Below, in pieces: positions 1-12,600 of a stretch of 64,000 nt of DNA. Numbering within the stretch: the first letter of the stretch is position 1; every line of letters starts with the position of its first letter. A program made the translations under genes and the position numbers. The DNA comes from Raja brachyura (taxonomy: Eukaryota), in assembly GCA_963514005.1 (NCBI GenBank), contig OY740788.1, forward strand, positions 18,352,001 to 18,416,000, in the 5' to 3' direction. The notes below the pieces were generated by a model. It ran no database searches, was not told where the DNA came from, and saw only the letters and a list, made by a program, of their open reading frames with translations.

Positions 1-180
1 TGGAAGACTCGCTAACGGCAGGTAAGCACGGGAAGACTCGTGAAGATTTTTCAACACGATGAAAAATGTCCATGAGAGCCCCGAGTACCGACGAGTGGCC
101 ATTACCGTAAATCTCTGAGTAGGAATCAGGGCAAACACGGGAGAACTCTTGGAATGAACTCGTACCGTGGGACAGGGGTT
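1..180. mobile_element. Harbinger-like MITE, right part (family 1)
   Basis: Ends GTGGGACAGGGGTT then TAA; body matches 323-602 and 29856-30122. Confidence 0.75.
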
Positions 181-322
181 TAACTGTATGAGTTTAACAC
201 TCCTTTGATAATTGAGAACAGTGTAATCAGTTGTTGAAAGAAGACAGAGTTATGGTTCCCAAATGGAGCTGCTAGAAGAACACAGCTGGTCAGTCAGTAT
301 CTGTGTCTGGAGAAATAGTTAA

Positions 323-602
323 AGGCTCTGTCCCACTATACAAGTTTACCCAAGAGCTCTCCCGAGTTTAAAAAAAAATCAAACTCGTGGTAGGTACGTA
401 GAATTAACGTAGCGAGTACGTTGGAGCTCGGGACGTCTCTTAGCGGCTTGTAACGCTAACGGCAGGTACTCGGGAAACTTGTTGAAAAATGTTCACGAGA
501 GCCCCGAGTACCTACGAGCGGCTATTACCGTAATTCTCTGAGTTCGAATCAGGGGAAACTCGGGAGAACTCTTGAATTACCTCGTACAGTGGGACAGGCC
601 CT
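323..602. mobile_element. PIF/Harbinger-like MITE (family 1)
   Basis: TIRs AGGCTCTGTCCCACT / AGTGGGACAGGCCCT; flanks TAA and TTA. Confidence 0.8.
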
Positions 603-1019
603 TTACTGTTTCTGTTCTGCTAGAATACCATTGATATAAAGTATTAGCATTACTTCTCTCTTCACAGAATGCAACAGAATACTGAGTATTTTCAGCACCT
701 TTTGTTTTATTTATTTCAGACTTCCCGTATCTTCAAAGGGGAGGGGGGAATGGAGGGGGAAAGAGGGCGGGGGGGGGGGGGGGGTGGGGGGGGAGGTTTA
801 GAGACTCAAAACTGGAGAATTCAGTGTTCGTACCGTTGGGTTGTAAGCTATGAGATGCTGTACCTCTAGTCTCTTCAGCTTTGTTTGCTTTTTGATTAAG
901 GTTCTGGTCCCAATTGACTTGGCTGGCAATGTGAAAGCCTGCATGTGTGCGTGCTTGCATGCATGAATGCGCGCATGTACGTTCATACTAAAATTGCATC
1001 AACTCTATTCTCCGAGTCT

Positions 1020-1430
1020 TTAGCTGTGGATTTAATTTGCACTCCAGAGACTTCAGAATGCACAAATGTGAGCTGAGTCACTGGTGCTCTCCTTCCCTTG
1101 TTCGACCGAGGGTACATCAAGGTTCTGCTCACTCCAATGGATGCAAAGGATCCCTTCTCACCATTTTAACGAAGAGCAATGATTTCCTGAATAATAACTA
1201 TCGATGAATGTCACTGATGCAAAGTACGGCCATCATTACTTTACTGCCTGTGGGATCAAACCGGCTAGAGACACAAAAACTGGAGTAAATCTGTGGGTCA
1301 GGCAGCATCTCTGGAGAGAGGGAATGGGTGACGTTTTGGGACGAGACCCTTCTTCAGTTTCAAAAGTACTTCAATATCTGTAAAGAAGCATGGGACATCA
1401 TAAAAGTTGTGTCATAAATGCTTCTCCTTC
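1020..1430 (+). mobile_element. Old Deu-type SINE remnant, interrupted by a Penelope pLTR
   Basis: Degenerate Deu-domain-like text (GGATGCAAAGGATCCC..GAAGAGCA..TGTGGGATC; TTCAAAAGTACTTCA), recognised from memory. Confidence 0.5.
1267..1358 (-). mobile_element. Penelope-like pLTR fragment
   Basis: Reverse complement reads CTGAAGAAGGGTCTCGTCCCAAAACGTCACC; many paralogs in the window. Confidence 0.7.
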
Positions 1431-1859
1431 TGTGAATGGCTCATTTGATCAGAAGCTACAGAATAGTGTGGAATCTTGCTTTGATAATATTCAGTTTCCG
1501 GTGGGAGGGGAGAGGGGGGAGGAGGGATGTGGGGCGGGTTGGGGTGGGGTGGGAGATGGGGGGTGTTGAAAGAAAAATTGCTGGAGGAAAATTGGGTAAA
1601 CAAATCTTCGATTTGTATTCATTTCAAAAGAACAGAGTTCTTGGGTTGAATCCATTTAGTTGTATTGGTGGCTTCCAGATTTGCTGTGGAGTAGTAATCA
1701 TGAGAAAATAAAATTTTTAGCCTTGGCTATTGGCTATATAAATCTCTGCTAATTTTTTTGGTAGACATGTAGCACTCACTTCAAGATTAGCTAATCATAG
1801 ACGTTGTAAGGTATGTTTTTGTGTCAAGTGCATTCTTCAGTATTAAGGATTGATCAATT

Positions 1860-4800
1860 AATGGGGATTAATGGGATTAATGGGAAGGAAAACTCAAGAA
1901 TGGACAACAGAGTAAGATCAGGGCCAATTGCGAGCGGTTCGCGGGGGGAAGTGAATACGGAGGTCAAAGTGCTGTATATGAATGCACGAAGTATAAGGAA
2001 TAAAGTGGATGAGCTTGAGGCTCAATTAGAAACTGGGAAGTATGATGTTGTGGGAATTGCTGAGACACGGATGCAAGAGGGCCAGGGTTGGGAACTGAAT
2101 ATTCAAGGGTATACCTCCTATCGAAAAGACAGACAGGTGGGCAGAGGGGGTAGGGTTGCCCTGTTGGTGAGGAATGAAATTCAGTCCTTTGCAAGGGGTG
2201 ACATTGAAACAGGAGATGTGGAGTCAGTATGGTTAGAACTAATGAATTGTAAGGGTAAAAATGCCCTAATGGGACTAATCTACAGGCCCCCAAACAGTAG
2301 CCTGGACATAGGGCGCAAGTTGAATCAGGAGTTAAAATTGGCATTCAGTAAAAGTAATGCTGTGGTTGTTATTGGAGATTTCAACATGCAGGTAGACTGG
2401 AAAAATCAGGTTGGTACTGGATCCCAAGAAAGGGACTTTGTAGAGTGCCTATGTGATGGATTCCTAGAACAGCTTGTATTGGAGCCTACCAGGGAGAAGG
2501 CAATTCTGGATTTAGTGTTATGTAATGAACCAGATTTGATAACGGACCTCGAGGTTAATGAGCCATTAGGAGGCAGTGACCATAACATGGTCAGGTTTAA
2601 TCTACAATTGGAGAGGTAGACGAGTACATCTGAGGTGTCAGTGTTGCAGTTGTATAAAGGGGTCATGTGGGAGGAGGTGGTCGAAGTTGACTGGAAAGAT
2701 ACACTAGCAGGGATGACAGTGGAACAAAAATGGCAGGTGTACCTAGGAATAATACAGAAGGTGCAGGATCAGTTAATTCCTAGGAGGAAGAAAGATTCCA
2801 AGGGGAGAAAGGGACGACCATGGCTGACAAGGGACGTCAGAAACAGTATAAAAATTAAAACAAAGAAGTACAACGTAGCAAAGATGAGCGGGAAGCAAGA
2901 GGATTGGGTAATTTTAAAAGAACAACAGAAGATAACTAAAAATACACTACGGGGAGAAAGGATGAGGTACGAAGGTAAGCTAGCCAAGAATATAAAGCAG
3001 GATAGTAAAAGCTTCTTTAGGTATGTGAAGAGGAAAAAATTAGTTAAGATCAAAGTTGGACCCTTGAAGACTGAAAAAGGTGAGTTTATTATGGGGAACA
3101 AGGAAATGGCAGATGAATTGAACAGGTACTTTGGATCTGTCTTCACCAAGGAGGACACAAACAATCTTCCTGATAGAGTATTGGCCAGGCGATCTGGGGT
3201 GACAGAGGAACTGAAGGAAATCCATATTAGGCAGGAAATGGTGTTGGATAGACTGATGGGACTGAAGGCAGATAAATCTCCAGGGCCTGATGGTCTGCAT
3301 CCCAGGGTACTTAATGAAGTGGCTCTAGAAATCGTGGATACATTGGTGATAATTTTCCAATGTTCTATAGACTCAGGATCAGTTCCTGTGGATTGGAGGG
3401 TAGCTAATGTTATCCCACTTTTTAGAAAGGCAGGAGAGAGAAAACAGGGAATTATAGACCAGTTAGCCTGACATCGGTGGTGGGGAAGATGCTGGAGTCA
3501 ATTATAAAAGATGAGATAGCCGAACATTTGGATAGCAGTAACAGGATCGGTCCGAGTAAGCATGGATTTACGAAGGGGAAATCATGCTTGACTAATCTTG
3601 TGGAATTTTTTGAAGATGTAACTAGGAAAATGGACAAGGGAGAGCCAGTGGATGTAATGTACTTGGACTTTCAGAAAGCATTTGATAAGGTCCACATAGG
3701 AGATTAGTGGGCAAAATTAGGGCACATGGTATTGGGGGTAGAGTGCTGACATGGATAGAGAAGTGGTTGGCAGACAGGAAACAAAGAGTAAGGATTAACG
3801 GGTCCCTTTCAGAATGGCAGGCAGTGACTAGTGGGGTACCGCAAGGCTCGGTGCTGGGACCGCAGCTATATACAATATACATCAATGATTTGGATGAATG
3901 GATTCAAAGTAACATTAGCAAATTTGCAGATGACACAAAGCTGAGTGGCAGTGTGAACTGTGAGGAGGATGCTATGAGAATGCAGGGTGACTTGGACAGG
4001 TAGGGGGAGTGGGCAGATGCATGGCAGATGAAGTTTAATGCGGATAAATGTGAGGTTATCCACTTTGGTAGTAAAAATGTGAAGGCTGATTACTATCTAA
4101 ATGGCGTCAACTTGGGAAAAGGGGAAGTACAGCGGGATCTGGGGGCCCTTGTACATCAGTCTATGAAAGTAAGCATGCAGGTACAGCAGGCCGTGAAGAA
4201 AGCGAATGGCATGTTGGCCTTTATAACAAGAGGTAAAAATATAGGAGCAAAGAAGTCCTTCTGCAGTTGTACAGAGCCTAAAGGGCCTGTCCGACCAGCA
4301 TGCGACTGCATGCGACGAGCGCGACCAACTGTGGTGGCTTGAGCCCTACGGCCTCGAGGGGCTGGTTCCAATTCAAACCACGGAGCCATATGGTGTTGTG
4401 CGGGGCTGGTCCCAACATCATACTCACCAATCAGCTGGGGAGGAGGTGGTCCGAGTGAATTTGGACGGCGCACGGCGTCAGGTGATGACGTCATCACGCA
4501 ATGGCACGCCGGGCAGTGAGGTCATCGCGCAATGGCACGCCGGGCAGTGAGGTCATCGCGCAATGCCACGCGAGATGTTGTGTATGGGCTCAATGCGGCT
4601 GCCGGCCTGTCGACCATTGCCGCGCGGGATTTGAACAGTGTCAGTTTTTCGGAGCCCCGCGCGATGTCGGGGCCAACCCCACACAACTCCATACGGCTCT
4701 GGTGATCGAAGTGGGACCAGCCATGCGTGGCCGTATGGCTCAAGCAACCACGTTAGGTCATGCTTGCCGCATGCGGTCGCATGCTGATGGGCCAGGCCCT

Positions 4801-5112
4801 TTAGTGAGACCTCCCCTGGAGTATTGTGTGCAGTTTTGGTCCCCTCATTTGAGGAAGGACATTCTTGCTATTGAGGGAGTGCAGCGTAGGTTTATAAGAT
4901 TAATTCCTGGGATGGCAGGACTGTCATATGCTGAGAGACTGGAGCAGCTGGACTTGTACACTCTGAAGTTTAGTAGGATGAGAGGGTATCCCATTGAAAC
5001 ATATAAGATTGTTAAGGGCTTGGACACACTAGAGGCAGGAAACATGTTCCCGATGTTGGGGAGGCCCGAACCAGGGGCCACAGTTTAAGAATAAGGAGTA
5101 AGCCATTTACAA
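1860..5112 (+). mobile_element. CR1 LINE, disrupted ORF2 (APE endonuclease + reverse transcriptase)
   Basis: Motifs YMNARSIRNK, GLIYRPP, IGDFN, SDHN; KSPGPDG, YLDFQKAFDKV, SGVPQGSVLGP, FADDTK; stops, frameshifts and a MITE insertion. Confidence 0.95.
4282..4800. mobile_element. Harbinger-like MITE (CpG-rich, family 5) inserted in CR1 ORF2
   Basis: AGGGCCTGTCC..GGCCAGGCCCT with extended inverted ends; CR1 resumes on both sides; 31-bp tandem repeat at 4492-4570. Confidence 0.85.
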
Positions 5113-5600
5113 CAGCAGGAGCTTCAATCGCCCCAATCACAGGAGCCTCGATTGCCTCGTTGCAGGGGCTTTGATCGCCCTGACTGCGGATGTTTCGGTC
5201 GCCCCGACCACGGGAGAAAAGGAAGAAGAGGGTAAAAGCTATTCGTCTTCCACAGCAGTGGGAAATGTGAGGTCGTCAGAAAACAAGATGGACGTTGCAC
5301 TGGTAGGGACTCGGAGGGATTGCCGTGAGTGCAGTGATCTCGGTGTTTGCGGTGACATCGCGCCATGAGAACATCCTGGAGTCTGGTGCGAGTGTGAACA
5401 TGTGATGGATGTGGGTCTCCGCTTATGCTGTGTGCCCTGGGGATTCTCACACGCCGCTGTGGTGGCTGTTCATGTTGAATTTTTATGTAGTTTTGTACCT
5501 TGTTTTTTTTGGTATGGTAAATGCATGGTAACTGCATGGTAAATCAAATTTCACTGTACCTCGGTACACGTGACAATAAAGGACCATTGAACTATTGAGA
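5113..5600 (+). mobile_element. 3' end of another LINE (Rex1/L2-type tail)
   Basis: CACTGTACCTCGGTACACGTGACAATAAA plus short-repeat tail; related tails at 13090, 16190, 21480, 29145, 59550. Confidence 0.55.
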
Positions 5601-6888
5601 AGCGGTATGAATATTTGAGTAATAATTTGTTTCTACATTTAGAGTTAGATTTAAGGATTTAATCAGATGAACATAACTAGTTAAAAGGAAAACTAACGTG
5701 GTTGTTGGAAAGTTATGTTGTGAAAAACGCGGCTGATAATTTATTTTATTTAATCGTTTATTTTTGTCCGCATTATAGTTATGGAAGGGAAGATTATTGA
5801 CCCCTTGAAAGAACATGGTGTACCTTTTTTATTAATGAACCTGATGTCCTGCATTTAAACATGAAACCAAAATGTATTAATGTGGTTTGTTTAGCAATAT
5901 GAAAAGCTAGTGCCTATCTCGCTAGTTTACTCACTCCCCAATCGTATTCTCTGTCGGTAACAGTTTCTATAATTGCAAATAATTCTTAATTAACAGAAGA
6001 CAGTATGAAATATTAACAAGATATTTAGAGCAAATTGTTTTGCTGAGTTGATGAACTAATTTTAATATCAGAACATGTTTCACTGAAGTTCTGAGCAGTG
6101 CATGAAAACAATGAGCTGTTATGTATTGGGAAATACAAAGCAACAGCATCCACTAAAGATGCAAATAAGAAATTAGTTAATCCTTGAAAATGTACATGTG
6201 GATCTTGATTTTCACCCTTTAATTACAATGCTGCCTGTTCATTATCTTACTTACTCTGAGCAGACAGTGCTAATTATGCTGTTCATTCGCTGCTCGCATC
6301 AGTAGGAGGTTCAATATCATTACATGCTGGCACTACACAGAGTGTCACACTACATTCCTAATAGGGAAATACCATGAATGGCTGCTTTAGATACAAACTT
6401 CTTTTGTAGTTGTGCTCTAAGATAGAGAGCAGGCTCAAACCATTTGAGCACCAAGATTCTCCAACATTGAACTGGAAGTTACAATGTATGGTATTAATTG
6501 CTGCCCGATGTTTCTGTGTAGATTTCTTTACATTCTAATCCTCTGCCACCAAAAGGTAAATTTACAGACATGGGATTCCATTGTTCAACATTCAGGTATT
6601 GCACAACCTTGCTTGCAGACAACAGAAATCAGTGGTGAAGGCTACAGAACTAAAATGAAAACTATATTTCCAAATCAATGCAGATGCATTAAACCAATAA
6701 ATGCCTGTAAATTAATCAGATTTTAAACAAAATACAGTGCACTGGCCTTCCAATCTGCTCCAGCTACTTTTATTGCGGTATTTTGGAAAGGTTGCACTTT
6801 AGTTTCCTTTTAATTTAGTTTAGAGATACAGCATGGAAACAGGCCCTTTGGCCCACCGAGTCTGCATTAACCAGCGATCCCCACACAT

Positions 6889-8441
6889 ATTTTTTTGGTT
6901 TTTTTAAATATTTTTATTTATTAGAGGTACAGTAAATTACATCAGTGTACGTCCGGTATATATTATTACAATCATTGTACCCCTTAGTTGTTAAAGCTAT
7001 TAAAAAAAGGAATATAAACACAGAAAGTAGAGAAAGTGAGAGAGAATTGTGAAAGTGAAGAAGCGTGACCAAGGGAAAGAAGAGAGAGCCCTTAGTCGAG
7101 GTGTTAGAGAAAGGAGATTAAGAGATAGACCCTAGAAACAAAGAGAAAGAAAGAAGAAAAAAGGTAAAGACCGTTACTTTATTATAAACATCACGCAAAA
7201 GGAATTTACCAACTTGGCAATTTTTCATCCCCCTTTACCAAGACCTGACGCCGGTACCTTTTTGAGGTACTCTTGCACCCTATCCTTGTAGTAGATCTAT
7301 AAATGCAGACCACATCTTATAAAAGCGATCTGATTTTCCTGCCAGGCGGAGTCTCATATCTTCCAGATGTAGTGTTTCAAACATAGTTGAAATCCACATA
7401 TTTACTGTTGGTATGGGAGCATTTTTCCAGAATTTTAAGATTAGCTTTTTTCCAGTTATTAACTCGTATTCAAATAGATTCTTTTGAAACACACTTAATT
7501 CAGGGCTACCTTCCATTGTTCCAAAAATAATCCATTCTGCTTTTGGTGTCAGTTTTATTTTAAATAATTTTGTGAAGATTTCAAAAATTTCAATCCAAAA
7601 TTTTTGAATTGCTATACAAAAGACAAATGAGTGCGCTATAGTACCTTCTTGAGACTGGCATTTATCATAGATAGGGAGACATTGGGAAAAAGTTTATTTA
7701 TTTTAGTTTTTGAATAGTATAATCTACGTAAGATTTTAAATTGTATTAAAGTTAATTGAACATTTGTGCACATTTAATAGGTGTTCTTCCCACCTCTCTT
7801 TGGAAATTTTGATAGTTAATTCTTGTTCCCAGTCTCTTCTAATTCCTTCTCGTTGTTGGTATTTCTGCATTTAGAATAATATTATATATATATGATATTA
7901 AGTTTGCTGATTCAGCCTTTGTATTCATTGCTTCATCCAGAAGATCTAATGGCATATTGCAATATTCTTGTGCATATTTTTTCAGATAATCACATATTTG
8001 AAAATATTTAAAATACTGATTGTTTCCCAAATTGTACTTTAGTTGTAGTTGTTTAAATGTTAGTAATTTTCCCATTTCATACAATTCTCCCAACGTTTTA
8101 ATTCCTGCTCTTTCCCATTGTATAAATGCTTTATCTATAATTGAGGGTTTAAACAAAGGGTTTTTAACTATAGGAGATAAGAGAGATAAATTTCTTAATT
8201 TTAAGTTGTATTTTATTTGTTTCCAAATTCTAATTGTATTATATATAATTGGATTTTTGTTATAATTTGTATTATTCAACTTCATTGGTGAAAGAAGGAT
8301 TGCTCCAATATTAGAAGGGGAGCAGTCCTCTTTCTCCATAATAATCCAATCCAGTTGCTGGGCAGAATTATCCAGCAGTTGAATCGTATTTCTAATATTT
8401 ACAGACCAATAATAATACAAAAAGTTAGGGAGTGCTAATCC
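6889..8441 (-). mobile_element. 5'-truncated L1-clade LINE (ORF2 C-terminus + 3' UTR)
   Basis: GLALPNFLYYYW peptide; T-rich tail on +; 14-bp TSD CGATCCCCACACAT (6875-6888 / 8442-8455). Confidence 0.9.
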
Positions 8442-8606
8442 CGATCCCCACACATTAACACTATCCTACACACTAGGCACAATTTACACATACACCAAGC
8501 CAATTAACCTACCTACCTGTACGTCTTTGGAGTGTGGGAGGAAATCAAAGATCTCAGAGAAAACCCATGGGGTCATGGGGAGAACGTACAAACTCCATAC
8601 AGACAG

Positions 8607-9390
8607 TGTAAATTTCTCGTATCTAAGCTTCCCCCAGTCTAGTTTCAGTAAAAACACTGAATCAAGCACTTGAAACAATTAAATTTTATTTTAACAAAAG
8701 CGTGACACAGTTCAACTACTGTACCTATCCCACCACAGGTTCGATCCTCGTATCTGCCTGTTCAAGCCCTCTAGGCCTCGCTCACACTGAGACACTCCAG
8801 AAGTTCACGCAGTCCCAAGCACTCTCCCAGAAGATGGACGCTAATCCTCGTGGTAGCAGACTTTTATATGTCCCGGGACCTCGAAGGGTCAAACCACATG
8901 GGGGTGGTCTCTTAATAACCTAATTACAGATATCGATTAACCCCATACATAACAGACATTTCCCTAACCCAATAATACAACAGTTCATACATTGTATAAG
9001 AAAGAAAGCTGTCGAAGGAAGCAACCAAGAACAAACATTGAAACATGTGCCCTGAGAATCAAACAATTTCTCCAAGGCTCAACAGTTCGACCAATGATCA
9101 ATTAATAGGATGACCATCTTGCAACATAATGTATACTGTTTACAATGCTTTTGCAGCAATCCAATAGAAATTATGCATTTAAGGTTAGTTTGCAAAACCG
9201 CTATACATGCTATCAATTTAAGAGAAACGGGGAGAACACCTGGACCCTTTACCATCCTGCATATCAGTCTGAGCCTAGACTGGCTGACGCCAATTAAAGC
9301 CTGTAAAGTTCAGCTGACAAGAGTTAAGCAATTCTGACAAGTGCAGGGATCCTCCATTTTATGGTGTCTTTAATTTAGCCAATATTAACA
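8607..9390 (-). mobile_element. Solo LTR (ERV- or Gypsy-type)
   Basis: TGT..ACA termini, 4-bp TSD ACAG; TATAAAAG (~8861-8868) upstream of AATAAA (~8685-8690) on - strand. Confidence 0.85.
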
Positions 9391-10189
9391 ACAGCACCCA
9401 TAGTCGGTATTGAACGCAGGTCACTGGTGCTGCACCACTGTGGCCGCCCTGCAAATACCCAGTTCTTCTGAAATACAGTGTTTGCTTTGGCATACTTTCA
9501 GAATGAGAGTTTGACTTTCCATCTCCATTCTTCTGAGCATTTTGAGCTCAATATCTGCAAAGATATTGCAAAAATATGAGGATATGACATTAATGCAAAA
9601 CTATGTTGGGAGGTTGGCAAGGTTATTTCTATATCCTCCATAAGCAAAGATGTTACACCCATTTTAAAAGAAGAGCAAAAAAAAATCCAGAATTTTTTAT
9701 TTTTATTTTTGTAATGGTAATGCGCGGTTTAGTAATTCAGCCATTTTCTTCTGCTCCATGTATAATTTATCCATAATTTATCTCTCTTTAAGCATAGTCA
9801 CTCAGGATCCCTTTATTGCCTCGTTTCCCTGGTCTCTCACTCCTCATTATGCCCTTTTTAAAAGTCTCTGACCCCATTAATGACCCTTCTTCTATTCTCT
9901 TTCGTGTATATTAATATTAGATAAGAAAGGCTATTGGGTGATGGAGTATTTAATGCCCAATTCATTTACCATTAGTACATGTTTAACCGATTATTAAAAG
10001 GAAATATAAAAATTCACGATAGTACAACCATTTTCTTCTCAGTCAATATTAGTTCAAATATATGATTTAGTGTTCAGACTAAATTAAGCAGCGTACATGA
10101 AAACCTTCAAGGCTTTTTGTTTTTAAAATAGGAAATAACTTTCTACTGTAGCTGAATGTTGTTGAAAACAGGGTTGTTATGAAAGACTT

Positions 10190-11480
10190 GACTTGCATCC
10201 ACTGGAGATTGGAAAAATGCGAGGGAGATTGATTGAAACATATCATATTCTGAGGGGTCCAGACAAGATGGATGTGTGGAAGATATTTTTTCTACTGGAG
10301 GAATCTAGAACGAGGGTTAATTGTTTAAAATAAGGGGCTGCTCATTTAAGACATAGAACAAACAATTTTTTTCTTTTACAGGTCAAGTATTTATCCAATG
10401 CCTCTTTAAAGGTCACTATTAATCACAACCCAATCCGACATTGGTTTCTACATCCCAGCTATGTATAAAAAACACCTCAGCAATTGCCTCTTCAATTTGT
10501 TTAAAGTCTTTGTAATAAAATCGTAGCCTCCTCTGATCCAAAGTGAACAACTTGTCCATTCTTCATTCTATGCACATAACCATAATCCTTCAATCCCTAT
10601 GTAATCTTTCCAAAGCCTCCATATCCTTCTTACAGTATGGACATGTCCAGAATTGAGCTTGTACTTTGTACGGGTCAAAATAATTTCCTAGCGTTTGTTC
10701 TTTAAGAAGTCTGGTGTCCTCTTCACTATTTTGATAATTTTCCATCTTCAAAGATCTCCGCACAACCACCCCAGGTCTTTCTCATCCCATTTAAGTTTGT
10801 TCCATTTAGCCTGCAATGTCTCTCTTCATGCTTCCTTTGAAAATGTACCGACTCACATTTTTCCTGCATTTTATTTAATTCTCCATGAGTCCCCTCAACA
10901 ACTCTCCTCCATACATCCACTTGAAGCCTATTACCATGTTCTGCAATGATTACAATTGACTTTTGTGACATCTACAAATGTTGTATACCTCCTGGATCAA
11001 GTCATTTATGCATCAAAAGCTGTATTGATTCTGGATGTAAACCATGAGGATTTTCGTCACGCAGCTCTGCGCAAGAGGCAGCCTGGTTGGGAAAATATTC
11101 ATTGGTGTTTAAACATGTTGGAGGAGATATTGTTGAAACATAAGATTAAAATCTTAACGGGTGCTTTACAGAGTAGATGTTGAATGTTTATTTCTCCTTG
11201 TCACAGAATCTGGAACTAAGAGGTATAGTTTCAGAATTAGGTGTTTCCCATTTCTGATGGAGATGAGAAGGCATTTCTCTCTGAGAGCTGTGAATCTTAA
11301 CTATTCCCTATCTTATAGAGTTGTGGTCACCGAGCCATTGAACATATTCAAGACTGACAAGGGCAGATCTTGGACTGGAGAGAAATAAAGGGTTAAGGGA
11401 AATGAGGAGGAATGTGGAGTTCAGACCAAGATCATCTCACCCATAATTTTACTGAATAGCAGAACTGGCAGTCGCCTACA
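10190..11480. mobile_element. Several old CR1 fragments in both orientations
   Basis: Degenerate GGGAGATTGATTGAAACATAT and GAATCTAGAACGAGGG text resembling CR1 3' ends elsewhere. Confidence 0.6.
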
Positions 11481-12299
11481 TCCACATCTCTTTGTTATGC
11501 ATTATTATGAGGGATGCCCTGCATGTGCATTATGAGCCAGTGGCCATCCATATACAATCTGAGAAAGGCCAACGTACAATGTCGGGAGTCAGTGTTTGAA
11601 GCTCTTGATCCAGTGCTGCAAGGAATTCAAAGAGCAGTCAAGGTCAGTGAAATCATGAGTCAGTCAATCCCATCTCCTACAAATGCACCAATAACCTCAA
11701 GCACGAATCAATTCATGACATCATATTACTGAGTTGCCAACAATCCCCACCAAGGACACCTACATATGGTCTTTCTTGTCCTCACATATCAGCACTGTTG
11801 CAGGTATATCACTCACATCACTTACATAGACCGCTAGCTATTCAATCATGAGTATCGCAGGATTGAAACACATTGCACAAGACTCAAAGGCACATTTCCC
11901 TGTTACATGCATAAGAAGGAACTGAAGAAGGTGAGAACCAACTCATAATCCACAGCCTCATTTCCCTCACATCCCACATCTTGCTCATCCTATTGATTCT
12001 TCACTGATAACTGTGAATGATGCGTGTGGATCACATATTCTCATCTTCCCTTATCAATCCTTGTGATGCATTTCCTTTCAGATTGAGTTATAATGTCAGA
12101 CACCATAGAAACCAGTCCTTTAGCCCAATGCATCCATACTGACCAAGATCCACATGTCTTTCAAACATTATTATTGTACCAGACCAAACTACTTCATCTG
12201 GCAGTTAGTTTCATATACCTGCCTCTCACTGTGTCAAAATGTTATCGCTTCGCTTCCTTTTAAATCTTTCCCCATTTATCTTAAACCTATACCCTCTAG

Positions 12300-12600
12300 T
12301 TTAGTTTTGTTTAGTTTAGTTTAGTTTAGAGATATTATGTGGAAGCAGGCCCTTTTGCCCACCGAGTCCGCACTGAACAGGAATCACCTATACATTAGTA
12401 CGATTCTACACATTAGTGAGAATTTACAGAAGCCAATTAACTTACAAACCTGCACGTCTTTGGAATGTGGGAGGAACCCGGAGCAGCCAAAGAAAACCTA
12501 CATGATCATAGAGAGAAGTACTCCGTACAGACAACAGCTGTAATAGGATCGAACCCGGGTCTCTGGTGCTCTAATGCAGCAACTCTAGCTCTGCGCCATT
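12300..12600 (-). mobile_element. V-SINE inserted in a CR1 remnant
   Basis: (GTTTA)n tail; GGATCGAACCCGGG is a reverse B-box; matches 46302-46620. Confidence 0.75.

Larger units (their letters stand above)
6800..9450 (-). mobile_element. V-SINE (HE1-like) split by L1 and LTR insertions
   Basis: Pieces 6800-6888, 8456-8606 and 9395-9450 rejoin into the reverse complement of the SINE at 46302-46620. Confidence 0.8.

Noticed and set aside
4501-5088. 195-aa ORF as a novel gene
   Set aside because: Chimera of MITE sequence and the CR1 ORF2 C-terminus.
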